A stretch of DNA of 64,000 nt from assembly GCA_963771275.1 (NCBI GenBank), contig CAVYSW010000003.1:512001-576000 (forward strand). Reading direction: 5' to 3'. Position 1 is the first letter of the stretch, and each line of letters begins with the position of its first letter. The notes under the pieces are model-generated. The model searched no databases and was not told the origin of the DNA. It saw nothing but the letters and a program-made list of their open reading frames with translations. Position numbers and translations under genes: made by a program. The DNA comes from an uncultured Gemmatimonadales bacterium (GTDB taxonomy: Bacteria; Gemmatimonadota; Gemmatimonadetes; Gemmatimonadales; GWC2-71-9). Shown here one piece after another: positions 63,758-64,000 of the stretch.

Positions 63758-64000
63758 CCCGGCGCGGCTTCACGCTGATCGAGCTGCTGATCACGATCGT
63801 GATCTTCGCGATCTTGGGCCTGGCCCTGGCGCGTCTCATGATCAGCAACTCCCGGTTCGTCGCGCGGCAGGAGGCGCAACTCGAGGCCCGGCAGACGGCG
63901 CGCGCCGCCATGAACGTAGTGATCACCGAGCTGCGCATGGTCTCCGACGGCGGGTTGCTCGGGGCCTCGGCCGACAGTGTGCGGATCCAGGTGCCGTACG
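63754..64000 (+). CDS. Type IV minor pilin (PilW-like), partial; runs off the window edge
   Basis: Hand translation MTRRG|FTLIELLITIVIFAILG...ARQTARAAMNVVITELRMV; ATGA overlap. Confidence 0.85.
   Translation, partial: MTRRGFTLIELLITIVIFAILGLALARLMISNSRFVARQEAQLEARQTARAAMNVVITELRMVSDGGLLGASADSVRIQVPY

Overview
A very GC-rich bacterial chromosomal segment with about 60 densely packed genes, many overlapping at start/stop codons. Gene content suggests Gemmatimonadota, which is an inference I could not verify. Most genes are housekeeping or envelope-related: a tamA-tamB-lipid kinase-peptidase-acpS run, dacB, ferredoxin-NADP reductase, pduO, phzF, aroB, a short sigma-70 factor, glcD/E/F-ygfZ, an AAA+ ATPase and VWA protein, ilvE, ubiE/menG, an E2-E1 fused 2-oxoglutarate dehydrogenase, yggT/yggU, PPK2, metH-yitJ, deoC and the start of a type IV minor-pilin operon. 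I saw no tRNA, rRNA, CRISPR array, transposase or integrase. The most notable signals are: (1) a SAM-II/SAM-alpha-like riboswitch about 170 nt upstream of metH, followed by a terminator/anti-terminator pair; (2) two inverted heptamer-repeat hairpins (AGTGAAA/TTTCACT) that bracket metH-yitJ; (3) a Zn-dependent deacetylase fused to a GNAT-like domain; (4) a 25-bp dyad of fixed spacing in three promoter regions, one beside a sigma-54 promoter; (5) two TA-like loci flanking the VWA gene; (6) apparent non-canonical start codons and leaderless genes. All calls come from reading motifs by eye; no searches were run.
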